Source of the DNA: Candidatus Woesearchaeota archaeon
GTDB lineage: Archaea; Nanobdellota; Nanobdellia; Pacearchaeales; GW2011-AR1
DNA length: 48,784 bases
Direction: 5' to 3'
NCBI GenBank assembly: GCA_964467035.1
Contig: CAYXNX010000006.1
Location: 1-48,784, forward strand
The notes under the pieces: generated by a model
Seen by the model: only the letters and a program-made list of their open reading frames with translations
Databases searched by the model: none
What the model was told of the DNA's origin: nothing
Part shown: positions 27,886 to 36,759 of the stretch, piece by piece
Layout: each line of letters starts with the position of its first letter
How positions within the stretch are numbered: the stretch's first letter is position 1
Program-made: the position numbers and the translations under genes

Positions 27886-28067
27886 ATGATGAAATTTCTT
27901 CAACTTAATAAAATCTATAAAGATATCAAATCTGTAAAAATTCAAGGAGCAACAAATGTTGCTCGCGCTGCACTTAAAGCATATTCTCTTTCTCCAAAAA
28001 AATCAACAATTAAAAAATTAAAATCCCTTCGTCCAACAGAACCTATGCTTCAAAATGTTTTAAAAAA
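27886..28067 (+). pseudogene. Truncated duplicate of the R15P isomerase 5' end (direct repeat copy 1)
   Basis: 27902-28067 is identical to 30226-30391 (166 bp); the upstream promoter and first codons are similar but diverged. Confidence 0.88.
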
Positions 28068-28084
28068 TAAAAAAATAAAAAAAT

Positions 28085-30091
28085 TTAAAGACTGCTCCAC
28101 TCAGAATCGTTTGGGGTTAATGCTTTATTGTAAATCTTCAAGTCATCAATTCCTCCATGGAAGTTAACTCCTACTGTAAAAAAATTCTCTGTAGGTGCAA
28201 TTTGTCCACTGAATTGGGATTCTGAACTAGCTTCACCATCTAAATAAATCTTAATTTTGGAACCATCATATGTTGCAACAACCTGTGTCCATTCTCTTGC
28301 TGGCAAATTTTCAGGATTAGTAACTGTAGTTCGTCCCCTAGACCCTCCCCCCATTACTTGGAAGATTAAATTTCCTTCTTCGTTAAAGCCTAACCAATAA
28401 CCTTTATTTGCTGCCGAGTGAGATTTTTTCACTAAAGAAACACTTTTTTCACCACTAGCTTGATTCCTTGTTGTTGGTCTTACTTTAAAAGAAACTGTTA
28501 TCTCGTTTGTGTCATCTACATTCAAAAAATCACTTTCGCTTCCCCCTGGAATAAGTATGTAGCTATCACTATCTCCATAATAATGCTTATCCCCTCCTGT
28601 AGGTCCAGAAAGTATTGACACACCATCTCCATCCATATATCTTTCAGTTTCTGATGCAGTGTTGAAGTCCCAGTCTAGGAGTAATTGATCTTCACCCCCC
28701 TCATCACTATCACTTGCATCATCACTATCACTTGCATCATCACCAGTTGTTTCTGTTTCATCCTCATCGCTGTCAAAATCATCTCCATCTTCATCGTAAA
28801 CACACTTTCCTTGAGAACACTTCATTTCTTTGCTATTATATTCCATCGTTCTACAATCAAATACTTCAGCATTAGCCCTGCTTTGACTTGCACAAGAATA
28901 TTCCAATAGGTGGGAATCTCCCAAACAGTGATCTCTTAGACTTTCACTAAATCCAGAGGATAGTTCTATATCTACCTGAGATTCTTCTTTATAAGGATTT
29001 CTTCCGGATCTTCCTCCATCTCCATCTGTACATGAATCTCCTTCGCACAAACCAGTATTTTCATCACATCCTATTTCGCAATTACTTTCGCTTTTGACAT
29101 AGGGTTTATTTTTTTGTAAAAAGTCCTGTACATCATTTTCTTCTGATCTATCCAAAATCAAGTCGTCTTCATCAACATCTCCATCTCCATCTAAATCAAC
29201 TTTGCTATCTATTGTGCAAGTATAGGTGATCGATTTATCTCCCCAAGCGCAACGGTCTTCTTTTACTCCTTCACTTCCATCAATTAATTGATAACGCAAG
29301 GTTTTACCTCTTTTTGCACAAGTTATTGGTTCGATATCACAATAACAAGAGTTAATCTTTGTTTCTTTCACACTCTTCTGACCAGAAGGATTAATATCAT
29401 AATCGACTTCTACATCCTCACAAACAACTTCTCCTGGACACTCATACTCTAAAGGTTCTTCATTTGTTTCAGTTCCATCAGAATTACAAGATGTTTCAAT
29501 TATTGTGTTTCCATCTCGTGTGTCTCCTTCAATTGAAGCTTCGCCATTTTCATACCTTGATAAGGTATATCCTGGCGTAAAAAATTCTTCAGTTGTTTTA
29601 GTATTTTCTAAGTCGTCACTATCTTCACAAGAAACTGTGTTTCCTGGAGCACAATATCCTGCAGTTCGCGTATCCCCAAAAAGATTTATCCTCTTGGTTT
29701 TACATTTGCTCCCTGGATCATATGAGGAACAGCTAACTTCTTGAGACCTAGGCATATATCTATCAGCAATAATCCAACGATTCCATTTCTTATAGAAATA
29801 TTCCGTCAAAACATCGTCATCTTCACATATATCTGCTTTTATTATAGTCCTAGCATCATCGGAGATGTACTGGATTCCTCCAGCATCCTCTACATTTATT
29901 TCTTCGTCACTATCACTATCACTATCCCTTACCTGATCAGTAGTTCTCCTATCAAGCAAATCCTCATGATCTCCTATCTCTCCTGAAACTCTTCCAGTAA
30001 TTCCTGAGTTATCAAAAGGCCAAATTGCAGAAACTAAAGACATTGTTAAAACTAAAGTAATCATCAAAACTGTTAATTGTATTTTCTTCAT
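28085..30091 (-). CDS. Secreted Cys/Asp-rich surface protein with C-terminal LamG (concanavalin-like) domain
   Basis: Signal peptide, ITGRV motif, CEDSD/CTDGDGG...EYSC modules, DLDGDGDVDEDD loop, WTQVVATYDG..IYLDG..FHGGIDDLKIYNKAL; GGAGGTGA SD before ATG 30091. Confidence 0.85.
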   Translation of the reverse strand: MKKIQLTVLMITLVLTMSLVSAIWPFDNSGITGRVSGEIGDHEDLLDRRTTDQVRDSDSDSDEEINVEDAGGIQYISDDARTIIKADICEDDDVLTEYFYKKWNRWIIADRYMPRSQEVSCSSYDPGSKCKTKRINLFGDTRTAGYCAPGNTVSCEDSDDLENTKTTEEFFTPGYTLSRYENGEASIEGDTRDGNTIIETSCNSDGTETNEEPLEYECPGEVVCEDVEVDYDINPSGQKSVKETKINSCYCDIEPITCAKRGKTLRYQLIDGSEGVKEDRCAWGDKSITYTCTIDSKVDLDGDGDVDEDDLILDRSEENDVQDFLQKNKPYVKSESNCEIGCDENTGLCEGDSCTDGDGGRSGRNPYKEESQVDIELSSGFSESLRDHCLGDSHLLEYSCASQSRANAEVFDCRTMEYNSKEMKCSQGKCVYDEDGDDFDSDEDETETTGDDASDSDDASDSDEGGEDQLLLDWDFNTASETERYMDGDGVSILSGPTGGDKHYYGDSDSYILIPGGSESDFLNVDDTNEITVSFKVRPTTRNQASGEKSVSLVKKSHSAANKGYWLGFNEEGNLIFQVMGGGSRGRTTVTNPENLPAREWTQVVATYDGSKIKIYLDGEASSESQFSGQIAPTENFFTVGVNFHGGIDDLKIYNKALTPNDSEWSSL
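28702..28743. repeat. 18-bp intragenic tandem repeat (DDASDS linker)
   Basis: CATCACTATCACTTGCAT x2.3. Confidence 0.85.
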
Positions 30092-30206
30092 CTTTTCACC
30101 TCCTTTCAATTATCTAAGACAAATAAGGTTTTTATTTTCACCAAATTTAACTATTAACAAAAATATAAAAACCTTTTTATATTTAACTCTTCTAAAATAA
30201 ACAAAG

Positions 30207-31034
30207 ATGATGCTTAAAAAATTAAAACTTAATAAAATCTATAAAGATATCAAATCTGTAAAAATTCAAGGAGCAACAAATGTTGCTCGCGCTGCACTTA
30301 AAGCATATTCTCTTTCTCCAAAAAAATCAACAATTAAAAAATTAAAATCCCTTCGTCCAACAGAACCTATGCTTCAAAATGTTTTAAAAAAACTTTCTAA
30401 AGGAGTTCCAAAAAAAGAAATTCTTAAACACTTTTCTGAATCACAAGAAAAGATTAATTCTCATGTTTTCAAATTAATAAAATCAAAAGATATAGTTTAC
30501 ACTCATTGCCACTCAACAAATGTTTCCAAATCTTTAATTAATGCAAAACAAAAAGGAAAAAATTTCCAAGTTTTCAACACAGAAACCCGCCCTCTTTATC
30601 AGGGAAAAAAAACAGCTAAGGAATTGGGAAAAGCAGGAATTAAAGTAACAATGTTTGTAGATTCTGCTTTAGGCATAGCTCTTGATAAAAAACAAGGAAC
30701 TAAAAAAGTTTCAAAAGTATTTTTAGGCTCTGATGCAATTTTAAAAAATGGAGATGTAGTAAACAAAATCGGGAGCGGAATAATTTCTGAAATTGCAAAA
30801 AATAAAAAAATTCCTGTTTATATAATTGCGGATTCTTGGAAGTTTTCAAAAGAAAATGTAAGTTTAGAGCAAAGAGATTATAAAGAAGTTTGGGATAACA
30901 ATGTTCCAAAAAATGTGAAGATAAAAAATCCTGCCTTTGCAAAAATTCCTTCAAAAAACATAAAAGCAATTGTTTCCGAATTCGGAGTTCTTTCTCCAAA
31001 AGAGTTTGTTAAAAAAGCAAGCAAAAACATTTAA
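30207..31034 (+). CDS. Ribose-1,5-bisphosphate isomerase (eIF-2B alpha-like family)
   Basis: KIQGA, RPTEP, THCHS, ETRP..QG, GSDAI and NKIGS motifs. Confidence 0.88.
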   Translation: MMLKKLKLNKIYKDIKSVKIQGATNVARAALKAYSLSPKKSTIKKLKSLRPTEPMLQNVLKKLSKGVPKKEILKHFSESQEKINSHVFKLIKSKDIVYTHCHSTNVSKSLINAKQKGKNFQVFNTETRPLYQGKKTAKELGKAGIKVTMFVDSALGIALDKKQGTKKVSKVFLGSDAILKNGDVVNKIGSGIISEIAKNKKIPVYIIADSWKFSKENVSLEQRDYKEVWDNNVPKNVKIKNPAFAKIPSKNIKAIVSEFGVLSPKEFVKKASKNI

Positions 31035-31468
31035 TTTTCTTTTTTCTCGCTCTCTTGTTTTTTAAGAGCCTTTTCTTCTTTATCTTGTTTTTCTTTTGCT
31101 TCCTTGATTAATTTATTAAGTTCTTCATTAATTTCTGCAATCCTATTTGAGGATTCGTTTCTAATTTCTCCAAACTTTTTAATTTGATTTTCAATTACTT
31201 TTTCAATTTCATTATGGTTTTTTTGGACATAAATTTTTTTCCCAACATCTACCAAAAAATTACTTTTTTCAACTTTGGCTTTCATAAAAATACCCTTGCC
31301 AAACTCTGTAAAAAATTCTTTTTCTTCTTTTTCCTTTAAGACATTTAAATCTTCTTTTAACTTTTGCATTTCTCCCACTTGTTGGTCAATTGTTTTAAGT
31401 TGCTCCCCTAACTGATTTGCTTCTTGTTCTAAACCCTGAAGTTTCATAAAATATTGTTGTTGTTCCAT
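31031..31468 (-). CDS. pfdA: Prefoldin subunit alpha
   Basis: Coiled coils around FGKGIFMKA..FLVDVGKKIYV beta-hairpins; probable start ATG 31468. Confidence 0.85.
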   Translation of the reverse strand: MEQQQYFMKLQGLEQEANQLGEQLKTIDQQVGEMQKLKEDLNVLKEKEEKEFFTEFGKGIFMKAKVEKSNFLVDVGKKIYVQKNHNEIEKVIENQIKKFGEIRNESSNRIAEINEELNKLIKEAKEKQDKEEKALKKQESEKKEN

Positions 31469-31556
31469 ATCTTTTTTTAATAAATCTCTCTTAAAAATCT
31501 TTTCATTTTCAATACATTTAAAAATCATACTTGTTTCACAACAAAAAGAGATCAAA

Positions 31557-32093
31557 ATGGATAATAAAGGAAGTTTTAGACCCTTAATTGTTGTAATGCT
31601 TATTTCATTGCTACTTGTTTGGCTTTGGAATAAAGTTCCGATTATTAGTGAAACAGCCAATATTATTTTAAACCCAACACTTGGTGTTTTATTAAATTGG
31701 AATATAACTTGGGGAATGTTAATTATTGTTGTAATAATTTCTTTTATTATGACTATGATTCAAAAATTTGCAACAGATCAAAAAACCCTAAAAGAGCTTA
31801 AAAAAGAACAAAAAATTCTTTCAGAAGAAATGAAAAAATATAAAGAACACCCTGAAAAGTTAATGGAGCTTCAAAAAAAACAATTTGAATTTATACCCAA
31901 AACATTTAAACTAACCTCTCGCCCAATAATTGTTACAGCAATTCCTTTGATTTTATTTATTAGATGGTTTAATGATTACTTTGCAGCAATGCCCGATTTC
32001 AAATTTTTTGGATTTTTTAGTTGGATTTGGTTTTATATCCTGGCAACAGTAATTTTCTCAAGTATTTTTAGAAAAATTTTTAATGTTGCTTAA
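31557..32093 (+). CDS. DUF106/EMC3/TMCO1-family membrane insertase (Oxa1 superfamily)
   Basis: TM, coiled coil, RPIIVTAIP and WIWFYIL..FSSIFRK motifs. Confidence 0.88.
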   Translation: MDNKGSFRPLIVVMLISLLLVWLWNKVPIISETANIILNPTLGVLLNWNITWGMLIIVVIISFIMTMIQKFATDQKTLKELKKEQKILSEEMKKYKEHPEKLMELQKKQFEFIPKTFKLTSRPIIVTAIPLILFIRWFNDYFAAMPDFKFFGFFSWIWFYILATVIFSSIFRKIFNVA

Positions 32094-32202
32094 AATTATT
32101 TTTCAAATCTGAAATAGTTATACTTACCTATTCAAATAAAGTTTTATAAAAAATCACAAAATAAAACAACAAAACTGTTTATATAAATGAAGATAAGGTA
32201 GT

Positions 32203-32263
32203 AGAAAACAATTGGTTTTGTTTGACTAAGATTTGGCTAACGAATGAAAATCTTATGTTTTCT
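32203..32263. terminator. Bulged stem-loop just downstream of secY (possible terminator or 3' UTR structure)
   Basis: AGAAAACA/TGTTTTCT and TAAGATTT/AAATCTTA perfect 8-bp stems. Confidence 0.35.
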
Positions 32264-32269
32264 TTTCCA

Positions 32270-33634
32270 CTACTTAATGAATTTCTTCAAAGCAGGATGC
32301 ATATCAACAGCATGTTGTTGAGCAATATTTTGGTAAAATTGATACATAATCATAACTACTAACAAAATAGATGTTCCCCTCACAACTGCATTAAGAACAT
32401 TTGATATTGATGCTATTAACCCAATTGCAGCACCACCCATAATTGTTAAAGGAAGAACATATCTATTAAGAACACTCTCTAAAATTCTTTCATCTTTTCT
32501 AAAACCTGGGATTGTTAAACCCGAATTCATAATCTTTTGAGCCTGACTTCTTCCATCCATTCCAGAAGTTTTCATCCAAAAATAAGCAAACAAAGTGCTA
32601 AGAGCCATATAAAATACAATATGCGCCAACACTTGGAAAACCATAACTCCTTGAAAACTTCCAGTAATTAAAGGATCAATTACATTTATTGGAGAAATCC
32701 AATATGAAAAACCACTAATAGCTTGTCCAGCTTCATTAAATCCTCCCAAAAATGTTGGATGGCCTAACCAAGTCTGCAACATACTTCCAAATAATTGGAC
32801 ATTTGCAGAAAGTGCAGCAACCAAAATAACTGGGATAACTGAGGTATAAAAAAATGCTAAAGGCCATTTAATTCCATACACTCTTGCCCTATTGTATGAT
32901 AAAGGTATTTCCACTTTCAAACCTTGTAACCAAACAATTGACAAAAATATCAAAATAGTGACTGACACTGCCACCCCTGCAATCATAGCTCCAGTAGTAT
33001 CTCCATTAATTAATGAAGCAACAAATGCTAAAGCTCTACCTACAGGAGCTATAGCTCCTTCAGAATTGATAAATTGGAATAATGCAGTAAACAATGTCTT
33101 ACTTACTCCAGCTGCAATAAATAAACTAACACCGCTTCCAAATCCCCACTTGCTAGAAATTTCATCCATAAACATTATAGCTAAACCTCCAAAACAAAGT
33201 TGCGCTATAACAATTCCTGTAAAACCAGGGGATGCTTGAATTCCTCCCATTAAAACATAAACTATTGATTCAAAAAGTATAAAAAACAAAACAAGCAATT
33301 TTTGAACTCCTTGAAAAAACTTTTTTCCCTCTTGGGTTGAAGTATCAATATTAATAATTTGGCTTCCAACCAATAATTGCAAAATAATTGAAGCCATTAC
33401 AATTGGTCCAATTCCTAATGAAATAATGCTTCCAAAACTTGCTCCAAGAATTGATTCTAATTGTTTAAATCTTTCTAAACTTGCATCAGCCATCCCAAAC
33501 AAAGGAATAGTTGCTAAAACAAAGAACAAAGCAAGAATTGCAATTGTCCACTTTGTTTTAACTCCAAAGCTAAGCTTTTTCTCAGCTGGTGGCTGGACTT
33601 CTGGCAAATTGTGCAAGATATCTTTTAATGCCAT
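32270..33634 (-). CDS. secY: Preprotein translocase SecY
   Basis: LGIGPIV, KWGFGSGVSLFI and IPGFRKD motifs; operon position. Confidence 0.97.
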   Translation of the reverse strand: MALKDILHNLPEVQPPAEKKLSFGVKTKWTIAILALFFVLATIPLFGMADASLERFKQLESILGASFGSIISLGIGPIVMASIILQLLVGSQIINIDTSTQEGKKFFQGVQKLLVLFFILFESIVYVLMGGIQASPGFTGIVIAQLCFGGLAIMFMDEISSKWGFGSGVSLFIAAGVSKTLFTALFQFINSEGAIAPVGRALAFVASLINGDTTGAMIAGVAVSVTILIFLSIVWLQGLKVEIPLSYNRARVYGIKWPLAFFYTSVIPVILVAALSANVQLFGSMLQTWLGHPTFLGGFNEAGQAISGFSYWISPINVIDPLITGSFQGVMVFQVLAHIVFYMALSTLFAYFWMKTSGMDGRSQAQKIMNSGLTIPGFRKDERILESVLNRYVLPLTIMGGAAIGLIASISNVLNAVVRGTSILLVVMIMYQFYQNIAQQHAVDMHPALKKFIK

Positions 33635-34045
33635 TTAAATCTTCTTTTTATTTTTATTTTCAGGAGCAATGATTTCTCCTCCAGCTTTGTCAATTTTTTC
33701 CTTAGCTGATTTTGAAACCAATTCTGCCTTTATTGTCAGAGGAACATTAATTTCTCCCCTTCCCAGAATTTTGTAATTTTCCAAGTTCAATTCTTTTTTT
33801 CCATTAGCTTTTTTCTCTAAATCTCCAACATTAATTATTTGATACCTTTTTTCTTTTGCCTTTAACCCCTCTTTTTTTTCTTTTTGGTTCAAAATCAGGG
33901 TTTTTCTATGGTCTGCTCTTTTTCCAGTTCCTGCCATTCCAACACCTCCCCTATGTCCTTTTCCTCTACCCTTCTTCATAAATCCTGTTCCAGCTCCTCT
34001 TCTCCCTCTCTTTCTTGAGCTTTTTTTTCTTTTTTGTTCAATCAT
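33635..34045 (-). CDS. rpl15: 50S ribosomal protein uL15
   Basis: RGKGHRGGVGMAG, KILGRG and SAKEKI..AGG motifs; GGAGG spacing favours ATG 34045. Confidence 0.93.
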   Translation of the reverse strand: MIEQKRKKSSRKRGRRGAGTGFMKKGRGKGHRGGVGMAGTGKRADHRKTLILNQKEKKEGLKAKEKRYQIINVGDLEKKANGKKELNLENYKILGRGEINVPLTIKAELVSKSAKEKIDKAGGEIIAPENKNKKKI

Positions 34046-34217
34046 TCTCATATCCTCCTAATTTCAAATTCATATCTTCTTCTCTTTCTTCAGCAATTTC
34101 TTCAGGTAGTTGAACAAATTCATTTAAAGCCCCACATTTTGGGCATTCTTCAGGAGCTTCCTCTCCATAAACAATTTCTCCACAACTACACTCAAACATA
34201 AACCCTGTTTTTGCCAT
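34038..34217 (-). CDS. 59-aa rubredoxin-like/zinc-ribbon protein (absent from ORF track)
   Basis: MAKTGFMFECSCGEIVYGEEAPEECPKCGALNEFVQLPEEIAEEREEDMNLKLGGYEND; overlaps the rpl30 stop and the rpl15 start. Confidence 0.82.
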   Translation of the reverse strand: MAKTGFMFECSCGEIVYGEEAPEECPKCGALNEFVQLPEEIAEEREEDMNLKLGGYEND

Positions 34218-34633
34218 TATAACATTCTCTCAATTAATTTATTAATTTCTTTCCCCTGATTTCCTAAGACACCTTTTGGAAAATGTTGTTTTGAATCAAT
34301 GCCCTTTCTTGGAGGATGTAATCTAAAAAAGGGCTTAATTTCTAAATCTTTCATATTTCCCTGAGATATAATTTTTTCAGCAACTTTTTCAGCATTGATT
34401 TTTTCATTTTTGTCAAGTAATTGTCCTCGGGATTTGATTAATTCAATCAAGGTTTTTTTATCAATTTCTCCATAAGCAACAAAACTTCTAATTTTTTGCA
34501 ACATTCCTTTTACAACTTCATTTTCCTCAACCACAACACAAGAATATTTTCTTCTTAATCTTAACCTACTTAATGTTTCACTTATTTCTTTGTTTTTTTC
34601 AATCATTCCTGCTATTCTAATTATTGTTATCAT
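34217..34633 (-). CDS. rpl30: 50S ribosomal protein uL30
   Basis: FFRLHPPRKG and GVLG motifs; operon order. Confidence 0.95.
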   Translation of the reverse strand: MITIIRIAGMIEKNKEISETLSRLRLRRKYSCVVVEENEVVKGMLQKIRSFVAYGEIDKKTLIELIKSRGQLLDKNEKINAEKVAEKIISQGNMKDLEIKPFFRLHPPRKGIDSKQHFPKGVLGNQGKEINKLIERML

Positions 34634-35397
34634 TGTAATTTTCCTAAAGCATCTATAATTGCCTTTGTGTAATTTATTGTTGTTTTGGTTTGGCCCTTTG
34701 TTTTTGAATAAATATCTTCAATACCTGCCAATCTCATAATTTTTTTTCCTTCATCACCAATAACTAAGCCAGTTCCTTGTGAAGCAGGCATTAATTTAAT
34801 CTTTACACTTCCACATTTCCCTTCAACAGTCCTTGGAATGCTATGGGGCTCATTAGAACTTCCTTCAAAACTTCCAGAACCTCTTTTAACTTTCATAATA
34901 TTTAATTTTGCTTTTCTAATTGCTTTTTCTCTTGCTGGCAAAGTTTCTTTTGCTTTTCCTAAACTAATTCCAATATGTCCTTTTTTATCTCCAACCACAA
35001 CCAGTGCTGAAAAAGTCACTACATTGCCCTCTTTTGTTTTTTTCTGAGCTTGTCTCCACGCCCTTCTTTTTCCACCCCCAAATTTTCCTTTTGATTGCCC
35101 TGCAAATAATAAATCACTTTCAATTTTCGCTAAACTATCAACAATTTCTGGTTCTAAAATTTTTATTCCACTTTCCAAAATTTCATCCAAATCAGTTATT
35201 TTTCCTGCCTTTACCTTTTCCCCCAATTTTGTTTTAGGTTTCCAACTACCCAGATGTTCTTGAACCATTTCTTCAGTTGTCTTTCTTTCTCTTTTACCTC
35301 TTGCTTCATTTGAACTTAAAGCTGGGCTTTCTTCTTTTTCTTCAGAAACTTTTTCTTCGTTTTTTTCTTCCTGTTTTTGTTCTTTTTCTTCTGCCAT
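34630..35397 (-). CDS. rps5: 30S ribosomal protein uS5
   Basis: WKPKTKLG, GKFGGGKRR and HSIP..VEGKCGSV motifs. Confidence 0.96.
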   Translation of the reverse strand: MAEEKEQKQEEKNEEKVSEEKEESPALSSNEARGKRERKTTEEMVQEHLGSWKPKTKLGEKVKAGKITDLDEILESGIKILEPEIVDSLAKIESDLLFAGQSKGKFGGGKRRAWRQAQKKTKEGNVVTFSALVVVGDKKGHIGISLGKAKETLPAREKAIRKAKLNIMKVKRGSGSFEGSSNEPHSIPRTVEGKCGSVKIKLMPASQGTGLVIGDEGKKIMRLAGIEDIYSKTKGQTKTTINYTKAIIDALGKLQ

Positions 35398-35398
35398 T

Positions 35399-35890
35399 TT
35401 ATATATTTGAATTTACCTTTTCAATTACTTTTTGAACATTTTCTTTTAAATGCTTTCCTTTAATTCTTTCATCAGTTGGAAATGCCTTCTCACTATGAGG
35501 TACTTCAAATCCTGAATCAATAATTCCCTTTAATACACTATATACTCTCCCCCCATGCATATTTGCCTGAAGTCCCAAATCCAAAACAGCTTTTGTTTCT
35601 TTTGTTTTTTCTTTTAACAATTTGCCGAATAATTTTCCAGTAAGGTATGAAGCAGGAACTGATTTTAAACTTCCCTTCAAATCTTCAGACCATCCGTGTT
35701 TTAAAAGTTCTTTTGAACTAATGCCTAAAATAATTTTGTCTTTTGATTCTTCACTTATTGCAAGTTGAACTATCACATAATTATCTGTTTTTCTTACAAT
35801 TATCCTCGGAATTTCTGATTTTAATAAATCCAATCTTCTCTTATAACTTGTTTTTCTTTCCTGTTTTCTTTTCTTTTGTGTTTTTCCCAT
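35399..35890 (-). CDS. rpl18: 50S ribosomal protein uL18
   Basis: KTSYKRRL.LLKS, SVPASYLTG and LDLG motifs. Confidence 0.95.
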   Translation of the reverse strand: MGKTQKKRKQERKTSYKRRLDLLKSEIPRIIVRKTDNYVIVQLAISEESKDKIILGISSKELLKHGWSEDLKGSLKSVPASYLTGKLFGKLLKEKTKETKAVLDLGLQANMHGGRVYSVLKGIIDSGFEVPHSEKAFPTDERIKGKHLKENVQKVIEKVNSNI

Positions 35891-35957
35891 TTATGCTCCT
35901 ATTTCCTGTTTTCTTTTCTTTTGTGTTTTTCCCATTTATGCTCCTATTTCCTGTTTT
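35857..35957. repeat. 45-bp tandem duplication at the rpl19e-rpl18 junction
   Basis: TTTCCTGTTTT at 35857, 35902 and 35947; the duplicated unit spans the stop/start junction. Confidence 0.9.
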
Positions 35958-36334
35958 AGGTTTCTTTTACTTTTATAAACTTTATTTCTAATTTTTTTTC
36001 TTTTCTCCCTATAATCCTCTCCAGTAATTTTATCTTGTTTTTTCAATTCTTTTAAGTATTGCCTTAATTTTCTAACTAATTTAACATACTCTTGTTTTCT
36101 TTTTTTTACCTTAACTTTTATTTTTCCAACCCTTCTTCTAGTTTTTCGTTTAACCTGTTTTTTTCTTCCACTAGGTTCTTTAATAGAAATTGCTCCACTT
36201 TCTTTCAAATCTCTTATATCTTGTTTTGTAATTGCTTCTTTAATTTCATCTAATCTGTCTTTATCAAACTGGATTTTTTCTTTTCCCACTTTCAAAGTCT
36301 TTGATGCTAATTCCTTTTTCTTTGCTAAATTCAT
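35936..36334 (-). CDS. rpl19e: 50S ribosomal protein eL19
   Basis: AITKQDIRDL and RKLR.YL motifs; operon order. Confidence 0.94.
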   Translation of the reverse strand: MNLAKKKELASKTLKVGKEKIQFDKDRLDEIKEAITKQDIRDLKESGAISIKEPSGRKKQVKRKTRRRVGKIKVKVKKRKQEYVKLVRKLRQYLKELKKQDKITGEDYREKRKKIRNKVYKSKRNLKQEIGA

Positions 36335-36759
36335 TTCTTTTCCTCACTTTTGGTTTCTTTTGTTTCATTCTTTTTTGTTATTTCTTTATTTTCTTTTTCA
36401 TTTTCTGATAAATATTTTTCAATATTGACATTCTTAACTTTTAGATTATTTTCTTTTGCATATTTTGCCATTTCTAATTTCTTTCTTTTTCCTATTTTTC
36501 CAAATACAATTAGTTTATTTTTATCCTGATTTTTTAATTCTTTTAAATTTCGAATTACTATAAATTCTTCACCTTGTATTTTGTTTCTTTCTTCATTACT
36601 TTTCTTATATCCCACTTCTACAGTTCTGGGATAGCTTTTTCTTCTAAGTCTCATTTTATTATCTCTTCCTTTGGGAGCTCTCCATTTCTGCAATTTTTTT
36701 CTATTCTTTCCAAGCCTTGAATATTCATTTGTATTTCTTCTAAGGAATTTGATTTTCAT
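36331..36759 (-). CDS. rpl32e: 50S ribosomal protein eL32
   Basis: KWRAPKGRDNKMR motif. Confidence 0.94.
   Translation of the reverse strand: MKIKFLRRNTNEYSRLGKNRKKLQKWRAPKGRDNKMRLRRKSYPRTVEVGYKKSNEERNKIQGEEFIVIRNLKELKNQDKNKLIVFGKIGKRKKLEMAKYAKENNLKVKNVNIEKYLSENEKENKEITKKNETKETKSEEKK

Noticed and set aside
27886-28167. 93-aa ORF as a functional gene
   Set aside because: Truncated duplicate of the isomerase 5' end running into the antisense strand of the LamG gene
31469-31660. N-terminal extension of prefoldin alpha in the ORF track
   Set aside because: Overlaps the divergent DUF106 gene and shows no prefoldin-like sequence
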